Source: an uncultured Pelagibacteraceae bacterium
GTDB taxonomy: Bacteria; Pseudomonadota; Alphaproteobacteria; Pelagibacterales; Pelagibacteraceae
Length of the DNA: 64,000 bases
Reading direction: 5' to 3'
Assembly (NCBI GenBank): GCA_902595565.1
Contig: CACJQO010000004.1
Span: 6,847-70,846 of the forward strand
Position numbers and translations under genes: made by a program. Under the pieces are notes generated by a model that worked only from the letters and a program-made list of their open reading frames with translations, was not told the origin of the DNA and searched no databases. This document shows positions 41,136-49,986 of this stretch, piece by piece (position 1 is the first letter of the stretch; each line of letters begins with the position of its first letter).

Positions 41136-41893
41136 TCTTTCTTTTGATATTTTGTTAATTTTCCAACTAAACCAAAATAAATCTTACTCGGAAGAAAACT
41201 TAAGATTTTCAGTACAATAGTTAATGATTTTGGAAAATGAATTTCAAAAGTTTTTTTATTGACCAAGCCATCATATATTTTTTCAGCCGCATATTCAGTA
41301 GTTTTTAAAAAAGGCATTTTAAAATCATTTTTATCAGTCATTGGAGTTTTGATAAAACCTGGAGATACCAAGCACACTCTGACATTTGATCGACCAAAGT
41401 CAAAATATAGACTTTCTGCTAAATTATTTAGAGCAGATTTTGAAGGTCCATATCCAGTTGAATTTGGTAAACCTCTATAACCAGCAATTGAGGAAACAAT
41501 AGTAATTGTTCCACTTTTCTTTTTTTTAAAATATTCTTCAACTGCTTTAATAGCATTTAATGTCCCAAAAAAATTAATTTTAAAAACTTCCTCAATTTGT
41601 TCAACATCAATATCTCTTTCTTTTTTTGGATTCCATGTTCCAGTGGAAAAAAAACAAATATCAATATTTTCAAATTTATTCTTAATCTTTTCAAAAACCT
41701 CTTTACATTTTGATTTATCAGTCACATCTAATGGAAATGGACTTATATTTTCATGATTGTCTGCAATCTCATCAAGAAGATTCTTACGTCTGGCTGAAAT
41801 AGCAACATTCCATCCTTCATTAGCAAATTTTATTGCAAGAGCTTTGCCAATACCAGTACTCCCACCCGTTATCCAAATTGTTTTTTTATTCAT
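41132..41893 (-). CDS. Short-chain dehydrogenase/reductase
   Basis: TGGSTGIG, YGPSK, PGFIKTPMT..NDFKMPF. Confidence 0.92.
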   Translation of the reverse strand: MNKKTIWITGGSTGIGKALAIKFANEGWNVAISARRKNLLDEIADNHENISPFPLDVTDKSKCKEVFEKIKNKFENIDICFFSTGTWNPKKERDIDVEQIEEVFKINFFGTLNAIKAVEEYFKKKKSGTITIVSSIAGYRGLPNSTGYGPSKSALNNLAESLYFDFGRSNVRVCLVSPGFIKTPMTDKNDFKMPFLKTTEYAAEKIYDGLVNKKTFEIHFPKSLTIVLKILSFLPSKIYFGLVGKLTKYQKKD

Positions 41894-41917
41894 AATCTAA
41901 AGATGTATAATACTTTA

Positions 41918-42385
41918 ATGCTAAAAAATAAATTTTTATCATTCATACTTTTTTTTATTATCACATTTTCAGCCTCATTTATTGGAAGTTTAGTCACAAT
42001 TAATTTTAAAGACCCTTGGTATTCTCAATTAGTCAAATCTGATTTTAACCCACCTGATTGGATATTTGCACCTGTTTGGACTACGCTATATCTAATGATG
42101 ACAGTCGCTATTTGGTTTTTTTGGCATAGTAAAAGTAGAGACATGAACACGATTTATATTTATTTTATTCATATTATATTTAATACAACTTGGAGTATCG
42201 TTTTTTTTGGATTACACCAAATTTTTTTAGCTTTAGTTGTTTTGGTAATCTTAATTGGTTTAATAATTACTTTAGTAATTAGATATAAGCGTGTCAATTT
42301 TGTGAGTTATTATTTAATGATTCCCTATTTACTTTGGTGTTGCTATGCATTATTTCTGAATATTAACTTACTAATATTAAATTAA
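41918..42385 (+). CDS. tspO: TspO/MBR tryptophan-rich sensory protein
   Basis: WYSQL.K..FNPPDWIFAPVWTTLY, WSIVFFG, PYLLW; TATAAT ends 6 nt before ATG 41918. Confidence 0.93.
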   Translation: MLKNKFLSFILFFIITFSASFIGSLVTINFKDPWYSQLVKSDFNPPDWIFAPVWTTLYLMMTVAIWFFWHSKSRDMNTIYIYFIHIIFNTTWSIVFFGLHQIFLALVVLVILIGLIITLVIRYKRVNFVSYYLMIPYLLWCCYALFLNINLLILN

Positions 42386-43488
42386 TGGATGATGTTGTAA
42401 TAGTTGGTGGTGGAATAATTGGAGCCGCGACTGCTTACTTTTTATCAAAAGAGGGCAGAAAAGTTAAAGTTATAGAAAAAGATCCAACTTATAAAACTGC
42501 TTCTTTTCCTTTGTCATTAGGTGGCTTTAGAAGACAATTTTTCCAAAAAGAAAATATTTTATTAGGAAAATTTGCCCGAGAATTTATTTTTCAAATTCCA
42601 GATTTATTAAAAACTGAAAAAAATCCAAAACCCACTGCTAGTATGGTGACTAATGGTTATTTATTAATGTTTGGACCTGAGCATGCAGATGAACAATATA
42701 AAGCGCTCGAAAATCATAAAGCTTGTGATGCGGGAACAAAAAATATCAAAGGCTCTGAGTTGAATAATTTTTTTCCATATATCAATAGTGAGGGAATTGA
42801 AACAGCGACTTTTACTGACAATCAAAGTGAAGGATGGATTGACCCCTTCATGTTTCATAGTGCTCTAAAAAGTAAAGCAATTGATCTTGGCGCAGAATTT
42901 GTTAAGGGTGAAGTTAAATCCCTGTCTGAAATTAATGCTAAGACAATTATTTCAGCAGCTGGATGTTGGACTAAAGAGCTTTTAGAAGATATCCCTGTTG
43001 AACCTCAAAAACATACAGTTTTCAGAGTAAAGTGCCCAAAACATATTCCTGAAATGCCATTAACGGGAGATCTAACAACAGGAGTTTATTGGAGACCTGA
43101 AGGTAAAGAATACTTAGCTGGTTCACCAAAATCAGTCTTTGATGCCAAAGATCTTGAACCTGCATGGGATGATTTTGAAGAATTGGTTTGGCCAGCATTA
43201 GCTCATAGAATACCGGCTATGGAAGAATTAAAATTGACTGGTGGATGGGCTGGATATTATGATTGCAATCGACTTGATAACAATGCAGTTGTTGGAAAAC
43301 ATCCAAAATTTGAAAATGTTTATTTAGCAACAGGTTTCACAGGAAGAGGATTAATGCAAGCTCCGGGAATTGGCAGAGCATTAACAGAATTGATTACGAC
43401 GGGTGCTTATCAATCAATTGATATTTCAAATATGGCTGTAGAGAGAGTTTTAGGTAAACAGGCAAGACATGAGCCATATGTTCTCTAA
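42385..43488 (+). CDS. DAO-family FAD oxidoreductase (FOXRED1 / sarcosine oxidase beta-like)
   Basis: GGGIIG, GGFRRQF..EN, EGWIDP, WAGYYD, GFTGRGLMQAPG. Confidence 0.8.
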   Translation: MDDVVIVGGGIIGAATAYFLSKEGRKVKVIEKDPTYKTASFPLSLGGFRRQFFQKENILLGKFAREFIFQIPDLLKTEKNPKPTASMVTNGYLLMFGPEHADEQYKALENHKACDAGTKNIKGSELNNFFPYINSEGIETATFTDNQSEGWIDPFMFHSALKSKAIDLGAEFVKGEVKSLSEINAKTIISAAGCWTKELLEDIPVEPQKHTVFRVKCPKHIPEMPLTGDLTTGVYWRPEGKEYLAGSPKSVFDAKDLEPAWDDFEELVWPALAHRIPAMEELKLTGGWAGYYDCNRLDNNAVVGKHPKFENVYLATGFTGRGLMQAPGIGRALTELITTGAYQSIDISNMAVERVLGKQARHEPYVL

Positions 43489-44943
43489 TTAAGTTCCACA
43501 AAAAGTTTGATAATTTTCATTTGAACTGGATAATATTTGGTATTCACTGATATCTTTTTGATCAGTATAGGGGCTATTTAAGATTTTTAAAAAGTTAAGC
43601 AAAGGTTCCAAATTTCCTTGATCTGCATCTCTAAGAGTATTTTCAACTATATGATTTCTAGGAATTAAAAGAGGGTTTGTACTTCTCATCAATTTTTTAT
43701 GCTTTTCCTTTGAATTATCATGACTTGATGATCTTTCCTGCCACCTTTTTTTCCAGTTGCTGAAATCAGCATCTTCATAAATATTATCTTTTTGAGTTTT
43801 AAAGTTCATCAAGTGGCAAAATGTATTTGTGTAATCAACTTTATTTTGATGCATCCAAGTGAGTAAGTCTAAAATTAGGTACTTATCTTTTTTATCCGAA
43901 CCAATTAAGCCCAGCTTAGTTTTCATCATATTTAACCACTTTTCTTCGTATGTTTTTTCAAAAGTGTCAATTATTTCAGTTGCTAATTTTACAGCTGTGT
44001 CTTGGTCTTTATCAATCAAAGGTATCAAGCACTCAGCAAATCTTGAAAGATTCCATTTTGTTATAACCGGCTGATTGCAATAAGCATATCTTCCTAATTT
44101 ATCAATTGAACTAAATACAGTTTTTGGATCATAAATATCCATGAAAGCACAGGGTCCGTAGTCAATGGTCTCACCAGCTATACTCATGTTATCTGTATTC
44201 ATTACACCATGAATAAATCCAACTCTCATCCAATTCACAACTAAATCAATCTGTTTATCTAAAACAACTTTTAAAAGATCTAAGGCTTTATTTTTTGAAT
44301 TTTCAATTTCTGGGTAATGTCTTTTGACAACATAATCAAATAATGTCTCTAACTCACCTTTTTTATTCCTTGCTGCAATATACTGAAAAGTTCCTACTCT
44401 AATATGACTTGATGCTACTCTGGTAAGTATAGCACCTTCTAATGGTGTCTCTCTAAATACATTTTCTCCAGTTTTTGCAACCGCCAGACTTCGCGTCGTT
44501 GGTATATTTAAGGCATACATTGCTTCACTTATTAAATATTCTCTAAGCATAGGCCCTAATGCGGCTCTTCCATCTCCATTTCTTGAAAAAGCAGTTTTTC
44601 CTGAGCCTTTAAATTGAATATCGTATCTATGATTATTTTTAGATACATGTTCTCCAATTAAAACTGCTCTACCATCACCAAGCATTGTAAAATGGCCAAA
44701 TTGATGACCTGCATAAGCTTGTGCTATTGAATTACTATTTTTTGGTAATTCGTTTCCTGTAAATATGGCCGATAACTCAGACTGACTTATTTCAGAAAAG
44801 TCTAAATTTAAATCCTTGGCCAAAGACTCATTTAATAAAATCAGTTTAGGATTTTTAACTTTTACTGGGTTTATCTTTTCTCTAAATGGCTCAGGCAATT
44901 TGGAATATGTGTTATCAAAATTCCAATTGATATTATTTTTCAT
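43489..44943 (-). CDS. selO: Protein adenylyltransferase SelO/YdiU
   Basis: YAGHQFG, LGDGRA, KGSG.T.FSR.GDGRA, HGVMNTDN, IDYGP; C-terminal TFCGT. Confidence 0.96.
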   Translation of the reverse strand: MKNNINWNFDNTYSKLPEPFREKINPVKVKNPKLILLNESLAKDLNLDFSEISQSELSAIFTGNELPKNSNSIAQAYAGHQFGHFTMLGDGRAVLIGEHVSKNNHRYDIQFKGSGKTAFSRNGDGRAALGPMLREYLISEAMYALNIPTTRSLAVAKTGENVFRETPLEGAILTRVASSHIRVGTFQYIAARNKKGELETLFDYVVKRHYPEIENSKNKALDLLKVVLDKQIDLVVNWMRVGFIHGVMNTDNMSIAGETIDYGPCAFMDIYDPKTVFSSIDKLGRYAYCNQPVITKWNLSRFAECLIPLIDKDQDTAVKLATEIIDTFEKTYEEKWLNMMKTKLGLIGSDKKDKYLILDLLTWMHQNKVDYTNTFCHLMNFKTQKDNIYEDADFSNWKKRWQERSSSHDNSKEKHKKLMRSTNPLLIPRNHIVENTLRDADQGNLEPLLNFLKILNSPYTDQKDISEYQILSSSNENYQTFCGT

Positions 44944-44949
44944 AAATTA

Positions 44950-45525
44950 CTACATTTTCCAAATTCTATTTAAAATCTCTTCTCTTCTACAAGCTTTTTT
45001 ATATTTTAAATAATTAAGAAAATATACTTGATAATAATCTTGATGACGATCCTCAGCTATATAAAATTTTTCAAATTCTCTTATATAAGTTACAACTTTT
45101 TTATTAAATTTTTTTTCTAGTCTTTTAAAATCTTTTTCAATTAAATCTTTTTCCTTTTGATTTGTATAAAAAGCAGCAGATCTGTAGCTATAACCTTTGT
45201 CACAAAACTGACCATAGGGATCAAATGGATCTATATTGAGCCAAAAATTTTTTAGTAATTCTTCGTAAGTTATTAAACTTGCATCATAGATTACTTCTAC
45301 AACTTCAAGATGACCTGTATTTCCATAAGTAACTTCTTCATAGGTTGGATTTTCAGTTTTTCCTCCAGAGTATCCTGAAATCACTTTCTCAACACCTGTT
45401 AATTTTTCAAAAGACTCTTCCATACACCAGAAACAACCACCGGCAAAATATGCTTTACTTTTTTCAGATGCTAATACTGAATTATTAATTATTAAGTTTA
45501 GAAATATAAATAATAAAAATCTCAT
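44950..45525 (-). CDS. msrA: Peptide-methionine sulfoxide reductase A, with signal peptide
   Basis: GGCFWCME, GYSGG, PTYEEV, GHLEVV, AEDRHQDY. Confidence 0.95.
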   Translation of the reverse strand: MRFLLFIFLNLIINNSVLASEKSKAYFAGGCFWCMEESFEKLTGVEKVISGYSGGKTENPTYEEVTYGNTGHLEVVEVIYDASLITYEELLKNFWLNIDPFDPYGQFCDKGYSYRSAAFYTNQKEKDLIEKDFKRLEKKFNKKVVTYIREFEKFYIAEDRHQDYYQVYFLNYLKYKKACRREEILNRIWKM

Positions 45526-45564
45526 GATTAAAAATTTATACAAAAATTGGGAATTGAGTCTAGA

Positions 45565-45604
45565 TTATTAAAGGTAGCTACTTTAAGTAGCTTACCTTTA
45601 ATAA
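45565..45604 (-). terminator. Hairpin or terminator after fdh
   Basis: TTATTAAAGGTAGCTACTT-T-AAGTAGCTTACCTTTAATAA with one bulge. Confidence 0.7.
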
Positions 45605-45617
45605 CTAAAAGAATGAT

Positions 45618-46817
45618 TTATTTTTTCTTGTATTTAGCTGCTTCTTCAGAACCACCTGTGGCAGATCCTTTACTATATGAGTGAGCACCCATTCCAGCTA
45701 ATTGTCCATCTTTGACGATAAGATATTGATCTCTAATTTCTTTTCCTTCAAAGAAACATTCTAAGATTTCTCTAACACCATCAGCATATCTTGTTTGAGC
45801 TGACAAAGATGTTCCAGAAGTGTGAGGTGTCATTCCATGGTTAGGCATTGTTCTCCATACGTGATCGTTTGGAGCTGGCTGTGGAAACCAAACGTCTCCA
45901 GCATAACCACTTAGTTGACCACTCTTCAATGCTTTTGCGATTGCATCTCGATTACAAATTTTACCTCTTGCAGTGTTTACAATATAAGCACCTTTTTTCA
46001 TTTTGCTTATCATTGCATCGTCGAATAAGTTCTCAGTCTCAGGATGGAGAGGACAATTAATAGTTACGACATCACAAACCTTAACCATTGACTCTACTGA
46101 CTCATGAAATGTTAAGTTTAATTCTTTTTCAACACTATCTGGTAATTTATGTCTATCAAAATAATGTAAGTGTACATCAAATGGTTTCATTTTTCTTAAT
46201 GCGTCTAAACCGATACGGCCAGCAGCAACAGTTCCAATGTGCATACCTTCGACATCATAAGATCTTTGCACTGCATCTGCTATGTTCCATCCACCTTCAT
46301 TAACAATTCTATGTTGGTTGTGATAGTCCCTCACCATTGATACAATCATCATCACAATGTGTTCAGCAACAGATCTTGAATTACAAAAAGTTACTTCAAC
46401 TACATCAATTTTGTTATCCATAGCTGCTTGTAAATCAACGTGATCAGAGCCAATTCCGGCTGTAATAGCCATTTTTAAGTTTTTAGCTTTAGCAATTCTT
46501 TCTTTAGTTAAGTAGTAAGGAAAAAAAGGTTGAGAAATTACTATATCAGCGTCAACGATATGCTTATCAGCCTCACATCCATCTCCATCTTTACTATTAG
46601 TAACTACTAATTCATGTCCATTACTTTCTAAAAATTTTCTTAATCCTAATTCTCCTGAAACACATCCTAACAATTCTCCTGGATTAAAATCTCTTCCTTT
46701 TGGTGAAGGTAAGGTCATCCCATCTGGATATTTTTCTAGTTTAGGAAGATCTTTAAGTGGATATGACTTAGGCATTCCTCCTTTTGGATCATCATATAAT
46801 ACACATAATATTTTCAT
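45618..46817 (-). CDS. fdh: NAD-dependent, metal-independent formate dehydrogenase
   Basis: LLGCVSGELGLR, GIGSDHVD, NSRSVAEH, AAGRIG, NTARG, DVWFPQP, TPHTSG. Confidence 0.97.
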   Translation of the reverse strand: MKILCVLYDDPKGGMPKSYPLKDLPKLEKYPDGMTLPSPKGRDFNPGELLGCVSGELGLRKFLESNGHELVVTNSKDGDGCEADKHIVDADIVISQPFFPYYLTKERIAKAKNLKMAITAGIGSDHVDLQAAMDNKIDVVEVTFCNSRSVAEHIVMMIVSMVRDYHNQHRIVNEGGWNIADAVQRSYDVEGMHIGTVAAGRIGLDALRKMKPFDVHLHYFDRHKLPDSVEKELNLTFHESVESMVKVCDVVTINCPLHPETENLFDDAMISKMKKGAYIVNTARGKICNRDAIAKALKSGQLSGYAGDVWFPQPAPNDHVWRTMPNHGMTPHTSGTSLSAQTRYADGVREILECFFEGKEIRDQYLIVKDGQLAGMGAHSYSKGSATGGSEEAAKYKKK

Positions 46818-46894
46818 TTATTCTCCTGCGTTACTTTCAATCATTAATTTATTTTGAGACATCTAACATTATTTTAATGTCGCTAGCAAACAAA

Positions 46895-47359
46895 TTATTT
46901 TGTTTTTGGATAACTCTTTTTAAGTATAAATTTATTAATTATAATAGCAAAAACCAGAATAATTATTGATCCTGAAATTATTGGGCTTAACAAATAGTCT
47001 AGTGAGACACTACCCATAATAACTATAATTGGATTTCCACCTGCAGGCGGATGTGTTACATTTAACAATATCATTAGACCCACTCCAAAACCAACTGCTA
47101 ATGGTATAATTATAAATAATGGCAAAGGAATTAAATATAAAAAAAACATTCCTACTGTTGCAGTTACTAGATGCCCAAAAAAAACATTTTTGGGTTGGGC
47201 AAAGGGGCTTTCGGGATATCCATACAACAGAACCATTGATGATCCAAAGGATGCAATAAGAAAAATTCCAAATTCAGTTTTGTAAGTTAATAAAGTTAAA
47301 ATACCTATAGTGATAATTGAAAATAATCCTGCGATAAAAGATTGTTTTAAATTACCCAT
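46895..47359 (-). CDS. HPP family membrane protein
   Basis: ASFGSS.VL.YG.PESPFAQP, GH, THPPAGG. Confidence 0.93.
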   Translation of the reverse strand: MGNLKQSFIAGLFSIITIGILTLLTYKTEFGIFLIASFGSSMVLLYGYPESPFAQPKNVFFGHLVTATVGMFFLYLIPLPLFIIIPLAVGFGVGLMILLNVTHPPAGGNPIIVIMGSVSLDYLLSPIISGSIIILVFAIIINKFILKKSYPKTK

Positions 47360-47363
47360 GTGA

Positions 47364-47762
47364 TTATTTTGATACTATTTTTTTTATTGTTTTAAAAGGT
47401 AATAAAATACATTCTTTACGAGATAGATTTTTATCATTAAATATTTTATTAAGTGATTTCCATTTTTTTTCAATATTTTCAACGTTTCCCTCAAAATAAT
47501 GTTTTGCATCATCGCATAATTCATTAATTTTAGATTTATTTTCATTCATTGAAATTTTTGAAAGTAAACTTGCTGAAGCTTGACAATAAACACAGGACTT
47601 ACCTTGATAACCAAAATCAACAATTTTATTTTTTTTGATAACCAAATCTATTCGCATCTCATCACCGCACATTGAATTTTTCAATTTTGAGTGGTGTGTA
47701 TAGTTTTTGATACTTTTGTTATTGTTGGTATCAGAGGCTATTTTTAGAATATCCAAATTCAT
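47364..47762 (-). CDS. SufU/NifU-N-like scaffold or sulfur-transfer protein
   Basis: NSMCGDE, SCVYCQASAS, RKECILLPF. Confidence 0.82.
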   Translation of the reverse strand: MNLDILKIASDTNNNKSIKNYTHHSKLKNSMCGDEMRIDLVIKKNKIVDFGYQGKSCVYCQASASLLSKISMNENKSKINELCDDAKHYFEGNVENIEKKWKSLNKIFNDKNLSRKECILLPFKTIKKIVSK

Positions 47763-47848
47763 ATTAATTTATTATATTAGTGCTAATACTTTGTATAACA
47801 ATTTAATTTATGTTGTAGTACTAATCAATTGCATCTAAATATTCGATT

Positions 47849-48754
47849 ATGGTTGAACTTAGAAATGAAAAAATAGCCGTACCGGTCGTTTTATTTGCAG
47901 GGATACTTTGGTCGTTTGGTCCTTTAGTAGTGAGATATATGAATGATCCTCATATGGTTCCTTGGCAATATATTTTTGGTAGAGGTTTAACTATTTTTAT
48001 TATTTTAAATTTATATTTATATTTCGAAGAGGGAATAAATTTTTACAAAAATTACAAAAAAGTAGGTAAATCAGGATTAGTTGGTGGCATTGGTCTTGGT
48101 ATTGCAATGATTTCATTTATTTATTCAATTACAAACACTACTGCAGCAATTACTTTATTATGTTTAGCTGCAATGCCTTTTTTCACAGCATTATTAGCTT
48201 TTTTATTTTTGAAGGAAAAAATTTCTCTAAATGTCTGGATATCAATGCTTATTGCAACTGTGGGTATTATAATCATGGCTGTTGGTAATACTGAAAAAAA
48301 TTCTTTAATAGGTTTTGTTTTTGGACTTACATCATCAATTGGATTTTCAATTTTTTCAGTCACTTTAAGATGGAGAAAAGAAACTCCAAAATTTACAACA
48401 GTCGCTGTTGCGGGTTTATTTTGTTTTATAACTGCTACGATTATGATTTTAGTTAATAAACAACCTTTTTTTGCTACAAGTTATAATAGTGCAATGTTTT
48501 CTCTCCATGGAGTATTAGTGTGTTTAGGTCTTATTTTATATTCTATAGGATCTAAAGCAATCCAAGCTGCAGAGTTAACATTATTATCTCTGACGGAGGT
48601 TATTGGAGGAATTTTTTGGGTATGGTTACCATTGTTTGGGATTAATGAAATTCCATCTACTAATACAATAGTGGGTGGCTTCTTTCTTTTTGTTTCACTT
48701 ATTTACTATAGCCTTATAATGAGATGGAATAAGAGATATATAGCTCTTAATTAA
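47849..48754 (+). CDS. DMT/EamA family transporter
   Basis: About 10 TM helices; FLKEK and EVIGGIFWVW; first gene of the creatinase operon. Confidence 0.88.
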   Translation: MVELRNEKIAVPVVLFAGILWSFGPLVVRYMNDPHMVPWQYIFGRGLTIFIILNLYLYFEEGINFYKNYKKVGKSGLVGGIGLGIAMISFIYSITNTTAAITLLCLAAMPFFTALLAFLFLKEKISLNVWISMLIATVGIIIMAVGNTEKNSLIGFVFGLTSSIGFSIFSVTLRWRKETPKFTTVAVAGLFCFITATIMILVNKQPFFATSYNSAMFSLHGVLVCLGLILYSIGSKAIQAAELTLLSLTEVIGGIFWVWLPLFGINEIPSTNTIVGGFFLFVSLIYYSLIMRWNKRYIALN

Positions 48755-48767
48755 ATTCATAAAATTT

Positions 48768-49985
48768 ATGGAAAGGCCTGATTTTTTTACTTTAAAGAAT
48801 GGTGAAAAGGCTAAACTACCTTTTTCTAATGAAGAATATAATCAAAGGTTAAATAAATTAAGATCTATAATGGATAAAGATAATCTTGATATGATTATTT
48901 TAACCTCAATGCATAATATAGCTTACTACTCTGGTTTTATTTATTGCTCTTTTGGTAGACCATACGGATGTATCATTACTGAAAACAAAATTGTAACTAT
49001 TTCAGCTAATATTGATGCAAGTCAGCCATGGAGGAGATCACATTGTGAAAATATTATTTATACTGATTGGAAAAAAGACAATTTTTTAAAAGCGATAACC
49101 TCAATAATTGATGAGAATAAAATACCTAAAAATATTGGAATTGAAAATGATCATATTACTTTAGAAATGAATGAAAAAATTCAATCAATTTTTTCAGCCT
49201 CTGCTTTTACAGATATTTCAAAAAAACTGATGAAGTTAAGAATGATAAAATCTAAAGAAGAAATAGAAATTATAAAAAATGGGGCAAGAATTGCTGATAT
49301 TGGGGGAGAAGAAATTGTTAAAAATATTAAAGAAGGAGCAACAGAGTTAGAAATTGCAATAACTGGAAGAGATAAAATGGAAAAAGAAATAGCCAAAACA
49401 TATCCAGATGCTGAATACATGGATACTTGGGTATGGTTTCAATCAGGTATCAATTCAGATGGTGCACATAATCCAAAAACAAATCGCAAATTAGTAAATG
49501 GTGATATTTTATCCTTAAACACTTTTCCAATGATTTCTGGATATTATACTGCTTTAGAGAGGACTTTATTTCTAGATAATGTAAATGATGAATCTTTAAA
49601 AGCATGGGAGGCAAATGTGAAGGTTCACAAAAGGGGGCTTGAGTTAATAAAACCTGGAGTAAAATGTTCTGACATATGTAATGAATTAAATGAACTTTTT
49701 GCTGAACTAGGATATTTGCAATACAGAACTTTTGGGTATGGACATTCATTTGGAGTATTGTCCCATTTTTATGGAAGGGAAGCGGGTCTTGAATTGAGAG
49801 AGGATATTGACACTATTCTTGAGGAAAATATGGTTATTTCAATGGAGCCTATGATACTTATTCCAGAAGGAAATCCTGGTGCAGGAGGGTATAGAGAGCA
49901 TGATATTTTGGTAATAGGAAAGAATAGTGCAGAAAATATTACGAAGTTTCCATTTGGTCCTGAGCATAATGTTATAAAAGGTTAA
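48768..49985 (+). CDS. Creatinase (creatine amidinohydrolase, M24 fold)
   Basis: YCSFGRPY, WFQSGINSDGAHNP (catalytic His), YYTALERT, YRTFGYGHSFG, YGREAGLELRED, GGYREHDIL; these match Pseudomonas creatinase motifs as I recall them. Confidence 0.92.
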   Translation: MERPDFFTLKNGEKAKLPFSNEEYNQRLNKLRSIMDKDNLDMIILTSMHNIAYYSGFIYCSFGRPYGCIITENKIVTISANIDASQPWRRSHCENIIYTDWKKDNFLKAITSIIDENKIPKNIGIENDHITLEMNEKIQSIFSASAFTDISKKLMKLRMIKSKEEIEIIKNGARIADIGGEEIVKNIKEGATELEIAITGRDKMEKEIAKTYPDAEYMDTWVWFQSGINSDGAHNPKTNRKLVNGDILSLNTFPMISGYYTALERTLFLDNVNDESLKAWEANVKVHKRGLELIKPGVKCSDICNELNELFAELGYLQYRTFGYGHSFGVLSHFYGREAGLELREDIDTILEENMVISMEPMILIPEGNPGAGGYREHDILVIGKNSAENITKFPFGPEHNVIKG

Positions 49986-49986
49986 A

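Noticed and set aside
48768-49985. Alternative call as Xaa-Pro aminopeptidase
   Set aside because: It carries creatinase-specific motifs (SFGRPY, DGAHN, GREAGLELRED) rather than the metal-ligand pattern of aminopeptidase P.
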